Source: Gammaproteobacteria bacterium
GTDB taxonomy: Bacteria > Pseudomonadota > Gammaproteobacteria > Eutrophobiales > Eutrophobiaceae
Assembly: GCA_016179185.1 (NCBI GenBank)
Contig: JACORW010000080.1
Span: forward strand, 18,629 to 82,628
Direction: 5' to 3'
Length of the DNA: 64,000 bases
In this document: positions 54,667 to 63,501 of the stretch, piece after piece
Layout of the letters: every line of letters starts with the position of its first letter
Numbering within the stretch: position 1 is the stretch's first letter
Program-made: the position numbers and the translations under genes
The notes under the pieces: model-generated
Database searches by the model: none
What the model was told of the DNA's origin: nothing
What the model saw: the letters and a program-made list of their open reading frames with translations, nothing else

Positions 54667-56744
54667 TCCAGATAGCGGGCAATGCGGAAACCTACATCAT
54701 CGCGTCCGTCCACGCCATAGTCGCGAAAACTCAATCGCAGTTCCGTCACCGTACCGTGCGCCCAGCTCGCGCCGCGGATCACGTGGTGCTGTCCGCCCCC
54801 TGGCCCCTGGGGATCGGTCATCGGCGCGGTCTGCTCCGCCGGCACGTCGTACCAGTCATGCACCCACTCCGCGACGTTCCCGTCGAGGTCATACAGACCC
54901 CTGCCGTTGTGCGCGAAGCTGCCCACCGGGGCGGAAACCGGGTAGCCGTCCTGGTATTTTTCCAGCACCTGGGCGACCAGGCCGACCGCCGACTGATCGG
55001 CAAAGTTGCCGGCCCTGGGCGGCGGCGGCAGCGATTCGCCCCACGCAAAGCGCGCCATGCCGCCGGGATGCTGGCGGGCAGCCCATTCCCATTCCGCTTC
55101 GGTGGGCAGGCGGTAGCCCGCTGCGCCGGGTGTCGCGCCCAGCACCTTGCCGTCGCGCACAAGGTAAAACGGCTGCAGCCCGTCTTTTTCGCTCAACCAG
55201 TTGCAGAACAGTGCCGCGCGCTCCCACGGGATCTTGACCGCCGGCTGGTTGGCGCCGTCCAGGTTTTTCTCCTGAAAATTTCCGGAACTGTGAGTCGGGT
55301 CGAAGTTCTTGAACTCGGCGTTCGTGGTCTCCTTCACCGACAGGTAGAACGGGCGCTTGAGCAGCACCGCGCGCAACGCCTCATTTGCGCGCCGGCCCGG
55401 TTCGCGTCGCGACGCGCCCAGCATGAACACCCCCTCGGGCCGGAACAGTTTCAAATCCTGTCCTCCGCCTGCCGTAATCTGCGGCTTGATGGACGCCTGT
55501 CGGGCTTCCCCCTCGGTCATCAATTTCACGTGCAGTTGCTGCGGGATCCCGGCGCGCGGCGTGATCGTGGTTTCGTGGGCGACGTAGCCCGGCTTGTGAA
55601 TGCGGATGACATGCGCGCGCGTGTTTAACTCCACCGTCTGCGCCGCCGGGCCGCGCGCTTCGCCGTCTATGAACAGCTCCGCATCGGCAGGTGACGCGCG
55701 TATTTCCACCGCGGCCACATCCGCTGTCAGATTCACCTCCAGCGCGCGCCGTTCTCCGGATGCGAGCCGGACGCCGCGCTCGGCCGAGGCATAGCCGTCG
55801 CGAAACAGGCGCACCGTGCTGTTTTCTCCCGGTGTCAGGGCCAGCTCCAGCGGTGTGCGGCCTTCGAACCGGCCGTTGACGGTAACGCTGGCGCCGGCGG
55901 GAATGCTGCGCAGTTCCAGCACGGCGTCGGCGGGCTGCAGCAGGATTTCAGGCAGGATCAGGGGCTGGCCCGCAACGATATCCAGTTTTCGCAGTTCGGA
56001 TTTGTAGCCGGACAACTGCACGCGAATCGCGCGCCGGCCCTCGAGGATCTGCGCCTGCAGCGGCGTGTGGCCCACCGACTGCTCATCAACAAAGATCTCG
56101 GCGCCCGCAGGATCGGAGCTCAGCGTCACATCGGCCCATGCCGGCTTGAGGTCCACGTTCAGAGTCTGTTCCACGCCCAGCCCCTCGATACTGACAGCCT
56201 GTTCGACGGGTTGATGCCGATCCAGACTGAACCGCAGCGCGTGCCCGCCCGCCTCGAGCTTTTCCACCAGAAGCGGCGTGCGCCCGCGCAGGTCGCCGTC
56301 CACCGCGACCTCCGCGCCCGTGGGGCGCGATTCGATGCGCAACTTTCCCGGGAGCTTCGCCAGTACAAAGGACTTGCGCTGATTCTGCTCCGGCCCGATC
56401 TCCAGCATCGTATCCAGCGGATGATAGCCCGGCGCGCGCAGGCGGAGATCGTAGCGTCCCGGTCGCAACAGGAAGCGGCCGCCGAATTGCAGCTTGAAGC
56501 GCGCCGCGATCTCGATCTCCGTCTGTTCCGGGTCGGTAACCACGTGTACTGATTTTGCCGATACGACAAACCAGCCGATTGCGCCCAGGGCACACAGCAC
56601 CAGACCAAACAACAATGCCGCGACCGGCAGCCGGCGGCGCCGCCGGGTGCCGTGCGCGGCCGGCGGCGTAAACGGCGCGGGCCGGATTATGCCGCCGTCA
56701 TCAAAACGCGCGGGTTCGATCTGCTGTATTTCACGCGGACCCAT
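54663..56744 (-). CDS. Membrane-anchored protein with five PEGA-like domains and a C-terminal FGE-sulfatase (SUMF1-like) domain
   Basis: TM 'LPVAALLFGLVLCALGAIGWFVV'. Repeats contain 'SRPTGAEVAVDG', 'SDPAGAEIFVDE', 'SIPAGASVTVNG', 'ASPADAELFIDG'. C-terminal 'YRLPTEAEWEWAAR ... LYDLDGNVAEWVHDWY ... HVIRGASW ... VGFRIAR' is FGE-sulfatase-like. Confidence 0.8.
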   Translation of the reverse strand: MGPREIQQIEPARFDDGGIIRPAPFTPPAAHGTRRRRRLPVAALLFGLVLCALGAIGWFVVSAKSVHVVTDPEQTEIEIAARFKLQFGGRFLLRPGRYDLRLRAPGYHPLDTMLEIGPEQNQRKSFVLAKLPGKLRIESRPTGAEVAVDGDLRGRTPLLVEKLEAGGHALRFSLDRHQPVEQAVSIEGLGVEQTLNVDLKPAWADVTLSSDPAGAEIFVDEQSVGHTPLQAQILEGRRAIRVQLSGYKSELRKLDIVAGQPLILPEILLQPADAVLELRSIPAGASVTVNGRFEGRTPLELALTPGENSTVRLFRDGYASAERGVRLASGERRALEVNLTADVAAVEIRASPADAELFIDGEARGPAAQTVELNTRAHVIRIHKPGYVAHETTITPRAGIPQQLHVKLMTEGEARQASIKPQITAGGGQDLKLFRPEGVFMLGASRREPGRRANEALRAVLLKRPFYLSVKETTNAEFKNFDPTHSSGNFQEKNLDGANQPAVKIPWERAALFCNWLSEKDGLQPFYLVRDGKVLGATPGAAGYRLPTEAEWEWAARQHPGGMARFAWGESLPPPPRAGNFADQSAVGLVAQVLEKYQDGYPVSAPVGSFAHNGRGLYDLDGNVAEWVHDWYDVPAEQTAPMTDPQGPGGGQHHVIRGASWAHGTVTELRLSFRDYGVDGRDDVGFRIARYLE

Positions 56745-58280
56745 TCAAGTTCCTGCGCCGACGGTTTCGGTGCAGCGTATCTCCACCGGCGCCGGCGCGG
56801 CGCCGGCCGCGAGCGTCAATTCGACGCGCGCGTCCCGGAAACCGGGGCGCGTGCCGACGATCACATGGCGGCCGGGCCTCAACGTGATCTCCTTGCTGAC
56901 AAAGCGGCCCAGCTTGCCGACCCGGTACACGGTTACCTCGGTCTTGCCGTCGGACACGAATGTTACGGCAATCGGGACGCGCGCCTCCTGCAGCAACGCG
57001 GTCAGCGCGGCGATCTGCCGCTTCAGTTTCGTTCCCGGCCCGCTGATCTCCCCGGAATGCAGCAGCAGCGCAGTGGTTTCTTCATATACCGTGTCGTCAG
57101 AGAGCCGCTCCGGCCGCGCAATTGCCAGTGACAATTGCCTGTCCAGATCGCTGCGCCGCGTGGCATTCTCGATCCCGGACTGCGCCGCCAGCAGATTCGC
57201 GTCCAGCTTCAGTGCCGCCTCGTACGCCGAGATTGCGGCGGCCCAGTCCTCGGACTGTTCGGCGGCCTGCGCCGCCGCCAGGTGCCGCCCGATCTCCGCC
57301 GAGGTCAGGCCGGTTTCGGCCTGACGCAGCGCGTCCGCGGCTTCGGGCGAGCCCGGCCGGAGGCGCAGGGCGGCGCTGAAATGCCCACGCGCCGCCCCCA
57401 GATCGCCGTTGTCGAGGGCCGCGAATCCGGCGCTCATTGCGGCCCGGTATGCCCGCGCGCCGAGTTCGCTGCGGGCGTTTTGCAGTCGTTCCCGGGCCGG
57501 TTGAAACTCTGGATCGAGGTCGCTGGCCTTTTGGTATGCCTCCGCCGCGCCGGGCAGATCCCCCGCGCCGGACAGCTCCTCGCCGCGCCGGATCAGCTCG
57601 ATGACCTGATCCATGTGTCCGGCGCGCTCCGCTCCCTTGTGCGCGCCGGGGTCATCCGGGCGGATCAACAATGCCGTATGAAACTGCCCGGCCGCGGCCT
57701 GGCCGTTGCCTTCGTTAAGCGCCTGATTGCCGCGCGCCATCGAGTCCGTGAAAACTGCGTCGGCCCGCCGGATCAACGCTTTGAACCGCGGCAGCGCCGA
57801 CTGGAAGGCATCGCGCGCCGACGCGTAATCCAGGGATCGGTAGAAACGATCGCCTGCGGCGAGACTGTCCGCCCCGGCGCGGTAATCGGCCCCGGCCCAG
57901 GACTGCACGCCCATCGCCAGCAACGCCTGGTCCAGTTCCCGCAACCGCTCCAACAGCTCCTGGGCGGCGGCCCGCGCTGCGCCGATTTCCGTTTTCGTCA
58001 ATTCCGATTGGGTGTCTCCAGGCTTTGGCACCGGTTCCGGGCGCGGGTCAGGCTTTGAGACAGCCGGCTTCGGGGGGGCGGATTCGGTCCGGCCCTGCCA
58101 CTGGGGAAGAACGAAGATCACGAACAGCGCGGCAAGCGTCAGCAAACCGATGACGATGGCGGGCCAAAGCAACGGGCTGCCGGGAGTCCCGGTCACGGGC
58201 GGCGCAACCTCACCCGGCGCGTTGCCGAGCTTTACCGGCGCGGGCGCGATGCGATCAAAGGGATGAGTGGGTTGTTCCAT
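56745..58280 (-). CDS. Membrane-anchored TPR-repeat protein with a PEGA-like C-terminal domain
   Basis: Table ORF to 58343, trimmed to the ATG at 58280 ('MEQPTHPF'). TM 'LLWPAIVIGLLTLAALFVIFVL', then repeated Ala/Leu-rich 34-mer-like units. The tail 'VTFVSDGKTEVTVYRVGKLG...LRPGRHVIVGTRPGFRDARVEL' is PEGA-like. Its stop abuts the next ATG. Confidence 0.65.
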   Translation of the reverse strand: MEQPTHPFDRIAPAPVKLGNAPGEVAPPVTGTPGSPLLWPAIVIGLLTLAALFVIFVLPQWQGRTESAPPKPAVSKPDPRPEPVPKPGDTQSELTKTEIGAARAAAQELLERLRELDQALLAMGVQSWAGADYRAGADSLAAGDRFYRSLDYASARDAFQSALPRFKALIRRADAVFTDSMARGNQALNEGNGQAAAGQFHTALLIRPDDPGAHKGAERAGHMDQVIELIRRGEELSGAGDLPGAAEAYQKASDLDPEFQPARERLQNARSELGARAYRAAMSAGFAALDNGDLGAARGHFSAALRLRPGSPEAADALRQAETGLTSAEIGRHLAAAQAAEQSEDWAAAISAYEAALKLDANLLAAQSGIENATRRSDLDRQLSLAIARPERLSDDTVYEETTALLLHSGEISGPGTKLKRQIAALTALLQEARVPIAVTFVSDGKTEVTVYRVGKLGRFVSKEITLRPGRHVIVGTRPGFRDARVELTLAAGAAPAPVEIRCTETVGAGT

Positions 58281-58449
58281 GGCAATAAGGGCGCGGTTGC
58301 AATCATTGCATGCATTTATCGGCCGGCGTAAAGCCGGCCCCACAAGAATCTCTGGAATCCGAACGCCCTTGTGGGGCCGGGTTCATCCCGGCCGGGAGGC
58401 GCGCATCGGAAAATAGACACTTGAGGTCCGGAAGACCTCGTGCTTGATG

Positions 58450-59679
58450 TTACTGTTCTCTTACCGGCAGTGTCGGTGCCGTCCCGGTCTCGGTGCGATA
58501 GATCTCCTGCAGGATCTCGCGCCACTGCGCGTACTGCTGATCTACCGTACCGGACAGCGTGACGGTCCGATCCTCCAGCTCCATCCGGTGCGGCTGAATG
58601 TCCGCGTCAAGGGAGGCGGCGATTTCCTTCAACGACTCCAGGTGCAGTTTCGCCTCGGCGTTGCGGTCCAGCCCGCTCTTCACGAGCATCGCGCCGGCGC
58701 CGATGCCGGTCAGTCCGCCCAGCGTGCCCAGCGTCCGCAGGCCGGGATCGCTGCTGTTGGCGCCAAAATAGATGGCGGCTATGCTGGCGGCGATGGCCGC
58801 AATGCCGCCCACGGTGCGCGCCGCCGCGGAACCACGCGCCTCATGCAACTGCCGGATCTCGGAATAGCTTTCGTTGCGCCATTGCAGATAGGGACTGCGC
58901 ATCTTCGCCGCGTAGCCGGTGTAGTGGTCCTGAAGGGTATCCACGAACAGATTGTCGCGCTCACGGATGCGCCGCAGCCGCTCCATCAACGGGTCATTGT
59001 CGGCGGGCAGGCGCGCGATGCTGTATCGCCCCTTGCCGTCCCGGGTCAGGTATCCCGAGTAAATCTCCGGAGCGAAACGCTCGGCAAAGCGCAATTCGCT
59101 GATGGTGCGCAACGCACTCACCTGCGCCGGGGTTATCTGGCTGCGAAACGCGGCCATGTCGCTGGCGATGCGGTTGTAAAGCCCCTGGAACGGTTCGATG
59201 CTGCGGCTCAGTTCCTTGTCGTAGGCGTACTTGCTGGCCTCTGCCTCATAGGTGCGGGTAAACCAGGTCTTGCCGGAGGAGTCCTGCACCGTGATCTGCA
59301 ACTTCAGAAATTCGCCGTCGGACTGGAGGATGACGCCGTCCACAAATACGTCCATTTCGCTGCGTTGTCCCGGGACCACGCGCACAACGCCCCAATTGCC
59401 CGTGTTCTGCAGCGTCGTGGCAAGCAGGGTCGGGAAATAACGCGCCTCGGCCTGGCGCACTTCCGGATAGATCAGTTCCAGTTCCTTGTCGCTCAATCCC
59501 TCGGTGCCGGGATTGAAAATGTTTACGCCGACGTCCAGCAGCATCGCTTCCGGGACCGCGCCGGTGGGGTCGGCGCGCACCGGCGTCTGGGACGTGGTCT
59601 TGACCGTGGTGGTGTTGCAGCCCGGCAGCAGCAGCGCTACCAGCAACGACGCGATCAATGTGCGCAGGGACGTCATCAT
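58450..59679 (-). CDS. Lipoprotein with C-terminal glycine-zipper-like hydrophobic segments
   Basis: 'MMTSLRTLIASLLVALLLPGC' lipobox. 'VGGIAAIAASIAAIYFGA ... LGTLGGLTGIGAGAMLV'. No family recognised. Confidence 0.55.
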   Translation of the reverse strand: MMTSLRTLIASLLVALLLPGCNTTTVKTTSQTPVRADPTGAVPEAMLLDVGVNIFNPGTEGLSDKELELIYPEVRQAEARYFPTLLATTLQNTGNWGVVRVVPGQRSEMDVFVDGVILQSDGEFLKLQITVQDSSGKTWFTRTYEAEASKYAYDKELSRSIEPFQGLYNRIASDMAAFRSQITPAQVSALRTISELRFAERFAPEIYSGYLTRDGKGRYSIARLPADNDPLMERLRRIRERDNLFVDTLQDHYTGYAAKMRSPYLQWRNESYSEIRQLHEARGSAAARTVGGIAAIAASIAAIYFGANSSDPGLRTLGTLGGLTGIGAGAMLVKSGLDRNAEAKLHLESLKEIAASLDADIQPHRMELEDRTVTLSGTVDQQYAQWREILQEIYRTETGTAPTLPVREQ

Positions 59680-60851
59680 TCCTTCACCGGTATGCCCTTG
59701 TATTTGCGATATTCATTCCAGAGTTTCTCCCGCAGCACAGGGTCGGGTTCCTGCATGGCCGCCTCGCGCAACTGGCGCGCGACCACGTCGTCGTCATTTC
59801 CGCGCGGAATGTCCTGCGGTACCGCGGCCACGGCGACCGGCCCATGATCCCCGGCGCGCTCCGGCACAGGCAGATCCGGCATGCCGCCACCAGCGGAATT
59901 GGAATTACGGTTTCCCCTGCCGCCACCGCCGGTCAGCGGTGGAGGCGCATCACCACTGCCGCCCGCCCCGGTCCCCTCTTCGCCGTCATCCCCGGACTCG
60001 TCGCCGACACCAGGTCCGGTGCCCTCATCATCGGCGCCCACGGTACCGCTGTCCCGCTGCCGGGCGGCCGCCGCGGCGCGTTCCTCCAGCAGCATGCCGT
60101 CGAACTTTGCCAGCTGCTCGCCCAGGCGTCCGTCCAGCAATACAACCTGCTCACCCTGGGTGACGGCGCCGCCGGGAGCGGTGCCTGCGCCGGTGCTTCC
60201 GGAAGTTCCCGCAGTGGAGCCGGTGGTTCCCGCGCCGGGCGAACCGCCGGCGATGGTGGTTCCACCGCCCGGCGCCGCACCCGCAGGCGGACTCCCGGCC
60301 GTGCCCACGCCTTGCGCGTCGTTACCTCCGGCGGTGCCGGCTCCCGCTTCTGACGAAGCCGTCAACGGCGGCGGGCTGTCGGATTCGGAACCCGGCGCTG
60401 GCGCGCTCTGCATGCCTTTGTCGAAGGTTTCCAGTGCCGCCTCCAGCACTTCTTCGTCGGACTGCGATTTGCCCGACGCCCCGGTATTGTCCTCGGCGGC
60501 AGGCGCACCGGCAGCCGGGTCACCGGCTCCCGTGGCCGGGAGACCCGCGGGGGGCGCACCGGCATTCGCCTGCGCTGCGGCGTCTGGCGGGGCGGATTCG
60601 CCGGGTTGCGATGGGGCGGATTCAGACCGGGCCGTCGTGGGTTCCGCAGCCGATTCGGACTGGGACCGGCTCTGTTCGCTGGCGGGAGGACTCGTCGCGG
60701 GCGAAGGGGGCGATTGCGTCGAACTCTGCGGCGGCTGCGGCATCGCCGGCGGAGTCGGCTGGCTCGGAGGCGTCGAACACGCGGCTGCGGCGGCCAGAAT
60801 CAACCCGCACGCGAACTGGTGTCCATGCCGGCGCAGAAAGATTGTGTCCAT
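59676..60851 (-). CDS. Lipoprotein with a very long Pro/Ala/Ser/Gly-rich disordered region and a short conserved-looking helical C-terminus
   Basis: 'FACGLILAAAAAC' lipobox, about 300 aa of low complexity, and the tail 'DDDVVARQLREAAMQEPDPVLREKLWNEYRKYKG'. ATGA overlap with the next gene. Confidence 0.55.
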   Translation of the reverse strand: MDTIFLRRHGHQFACGLILAAAAACSTPPSQPTPPAMPQPPQSSTQSPPSPATSPPASEQSRSQSESAAEPTTARSESAPSQPGESAPPDAAAQANAGAPPAGLPATGAGDPAAGAPAAEDNTGASGKSQSDEEVLEAALETFDKGMQSAPAPGSESDSPPPLTASSEAGAGTAGGNDAQGVGTAGSPPAGAAPGGGTTIAGGSPGAGTTGSTAGTSGSTGAGTAPGGAVTQGEQVVLLDGRLGEQLAKFDGMLLEERAAAAARQRDSGTVGADDEGTGPGVGDESGDDGEEGTGAGGSGDAPPPLTGGGGRGNRNSNSAGGGMPDLPVPERAGDHGPVAVAAVPQDIPRGNDDDVVARQLREAAMQEPDPVLREKLWNEYRKYKGIPVKE

Positions 60852-60868
60852 ATATAAATGTGTCCGGA

Positions 60869-62218
60869 TCAGTTGACGGGGACGCGCCTAATCGTGCCCA
60901 CGGTGTCCACAGCCACGCCGTTTTCCAGCCGCGGCCGAAATCGCTTGCCACGGATCGACTCCAGCACCTTGCGCCGCGAAGAGGTCTCCGCCCCGGGGCT
61001 GGTTTCCGTGACCTCCGCGTTGCGGACACGCCCGGTCTTGCTTACGTCATAGCTGACCGTGATGTATTTCGCGGGATTCTCCGGCGCCACCTGCCGGTCG
61101 ACACTCGGCAGCGACAGGCGCAACGCCGGTACGGAAACCGGCGCGCCGAACAATGCCTCGATCACCTTGTCGCCCTCCGGGATGCCCTGAAGCAGTTGCC
61201 ACGCCTTCTGGTAATGTTCCATGGCGGTGCCCGCGCTTCCGCGGAGAATATGCCAGTCGCCCAGATGAACCAGCGCCTCGGCGCGCGATTGCGCCGGCAA
61301 ATCCGGGTGCGCTTCGTGAATGGCGACAACCCGTTCCAGCGACCTGCGCGCCGCGAAAAAACGCCGCTCCACGTCGAGGTCCTTCTCGTCCTGCGCGCGC
61401 GCATAGGTGCCGATATTCGTGACCGGAATCAGGTAACATGACATGCCGATCTGCCCGTTCGGCAATCGTACGGGCATGCAGCGCTGCATGTAGCTCACCG
61501 TGCTGGTGGCCTGGCGCTGTACATATTTGTCCAGCGGCCGGTTCGCATATTCAATCATGGCCTGATAACTGGCCAGTGCGTGTCCGTACCGGAGTTCGAC
61601 CAGGCGTGGGTCGTTTTCGCCGTAGCGTTGCTCGGTCAGTTTGATGGTGCGGGAGAAAAGATCCGCGGCCTCGCTCACCGTCCCGTAGGCCTTGTCCTTC
61701 AGCAGTCCGTCGCGATAGGCCTGAATCTTCCAGCGTCCCACCTCGTCATAAACATTGAGCAGTTCCTGATCCCCTTCTGCGTAATTGCGGCGATAGATCC
61801 ACAGCATCTGGTCGAAGTTCTGATCGACCTCGGCCCAGTCCCGCAGCGCGATCTGGCTCTCTATGATGTCGTGCAGCAGGGGAACCTGGCCGAGATCCTG
61901 CAGTCCGTCGTTGACGCGTTTGATGTGAAACGCGCGCTTCAGCGAATCCACCGCGCGCGTGTGATCCTGCAACTGCTGGTACACGCGTCCCTGGCTCAGC
62001 AATTGTTCCCCGAGCCGGCCGTCATAGGGCCCATAGTCGGACTCGAGCCTGGCGATTTGCTGTTCGTATTGTTCCGCGATGGACAGCAGCTCCACGGACG
62101 TGGCGGACGGCGCGCGGTTGTCGGCGCCGGCAGGCGGTGTTGCGTCCGCGGCGGCGGCGACCGTACACGCAAGTCCCCACGCCACAGCACAACCGGCAAT
62201 AGTCAGTGTCTTGCCCAT
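60869..62218 (-). CDS. Secreted helical-repeat (TPR-like) protein with a TonB_C-like C-terminal domain
   Basis: Signal/lipobox-like 'MGKTLTIAGCAVAWGLACTVAAAADA'. The C-terminal 'YITVSYDVSKTGRVRNAEVTETSPG...KVLESIRGKRFRPRLENGVAVD' follows the TonB C-terminal domain pattern. Confidence 0.5.
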   Translation of the reverse strand: MGKTLTIAGCAVAWGLACTVAAAADATPPAGADNRAPSATSVELLSIAEQYEQQIARLESDYGPYDGRLGEQLLSQGRVYQQLQDHTRAVDSLKRAFHIKRVNDGLQDLGQVPLLHDIIESQIALRDWAEVDQNFDQMLWIYRRNYAEGDQELLNVYDEVGRWKIQAYRDGLLKDKAYGTVSEAADLFSRTIKLTEQRYGENDPRLVELRYGHALASYQAMIEYANRPLDKYVQRQATSTVSYMQRCMPVRLPNGQIGMSCYLIPVTNIGTYARAQDEKDLDVERRFFAARRSLERVVAIHEAHPDLPAQSRAEALVHLGDWHILRGSAGTAMEHYQKAWQLLQGIPEGDKVIEALFGAPVSVPALRLSLPSVDRQVAPENPAKYITVSYDVSKTGRVRNAEVTETSPGAETSSRRKVLESIRGKRFRPRLENGVAVDTVGTIRRVPVN

Positions 62219-62530
62219 GAATGGGTTGGATATTTGATCCCGCTATTATGCAGGCAGTTGCCCCGGCGAAGCAGGGCGCGCTGCCTTTCGAGTGTTGGAT
62301 TCGGAATCTCCCCGGTTTGTTCCGAAGAACGATGGCCCTCCCGGGCTTTCCAGCCGGACGGTGGGTCACGTAAGACCATGATGTGCAAAGACAATTCCGC
62401 TGACCTTGCGCGGCAGGTATTCCGGGGGCCGGCACGGGGATCCGGTTCAGCAGCCTGTTACGAGGTTCAACCCCCCCGGCCCGAAAATATATCCTGTACA
62501 GTCCATAACGCATAGATAAAGGAGCGAACC

Positions 62531-63253
62531 ATGACCAGGGTGGCGGTGGTGACCGGTGGGACGCGCGGCATCGGCGCAGCCATTTCGGTGGCATTGAAGA
62601 ACGCCGGCTACAAGGTGGCGGCCAACTACGCCGGCAATGTCGAGGCGGCGGACAAATTCAGCAAGGCCGCGGGGATCGCGGTGTACAGGTTCGACGTCGG
62701 TGATTTCGAGGCCTGCCAGCGCGGTGTGAAGCAGATTGAGACGGACCTGGGGCCCATTGATGTCGTCGTCAACAACGCCGGCATCACCCGCGACGGCACA
62801 TTGCAGAAAATGTCCTTCGAGCAGTGGAATGCGGTGATCCAGACCAATCTCACCTCGTGCTTCAACATGTGCCGCGCGGTCATTGACGGCATGCGCGCCC
62901 GGGGTTTCGGCCGCATCGTCAACATCGGCTCCATCAACGGCCAGGCCGGGCAGTATGGCCAGGTCAATTACGCCGCGGCCAAGTCCGGGATTCACGGCTT
63001 CACCAAGGCCCTAGCCCAGGAAGGCGCAGGCAAGGGCATTACCGTGAACGCCATTGCCCCGGGCTACATTGATACCGACATGGTGCGCGCCGTGCCGCCG
63101 AACGTGCTGGAAAAGATCATCGCGAAAATCCCTGTGGGGCGACTCGGCAAGGCCGAAGAAATCGCCCGTGGGGTGTTGTTTCTCGTGGCGGATGGCGCCG
63201 GTTTCATTACCGGATCGACGCTGAGCATCAATGGCGGACAGCATATGTATTGA
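62531..63253 (+). CDS. phbB: Acetoacetyl-CoA reductase (SDR family)
   Basis: 'VAVVTGGTRGIGAAI', 'NNAGITRD', 'SINGQAGQYGQVNYAAAKSG' (S...YxxxK). Overall very PhbB-like. 'AAGGAG' RBS. Confidence 0.8.
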   Translation: MTRVAVVTGGTRGIGAAISVALKNAGYKVAANYAGNVEAADKFSKAAGIAVYRFDVGDFEACQRGVKQIETDLGPIDVVVNNAGITRDGTLQKMSFEQWNAVIQTNLTSCFNMCRAVIDGMRARGFGRIVNIGSINGQAGQYGQVNYAAAKSGIHGFTKALAQEGAGKGITVNAIAPGYIDTDMVRAVPPNVLEKIIAKIPVGRLGKAEEIARGVLFLVADGAGFITGSTLSINGGQHMY

Positions 63254-63257
63254 AGCA

Positions 63258-63488
<231 letters not shown>

Positions 63489-63501
63489 TTCACCGGTATC
63501 C

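Noticed and set aside
49989-58280. Bat/aerotolerance-type (MoxR-DUF58-VWA-TPR) operon, or a T6SS Fha-type module, because of VWA + TPR + FHA-like domains
   Set aside because: There is no MoxR AAA+ ATPase or DUF58 gene. The VWA proteins have an N-terminal single ExbD-like helix rather than the BatA/BatB topology. There are no T6SS core genes or Ser/Thr kinase/phosphatase.
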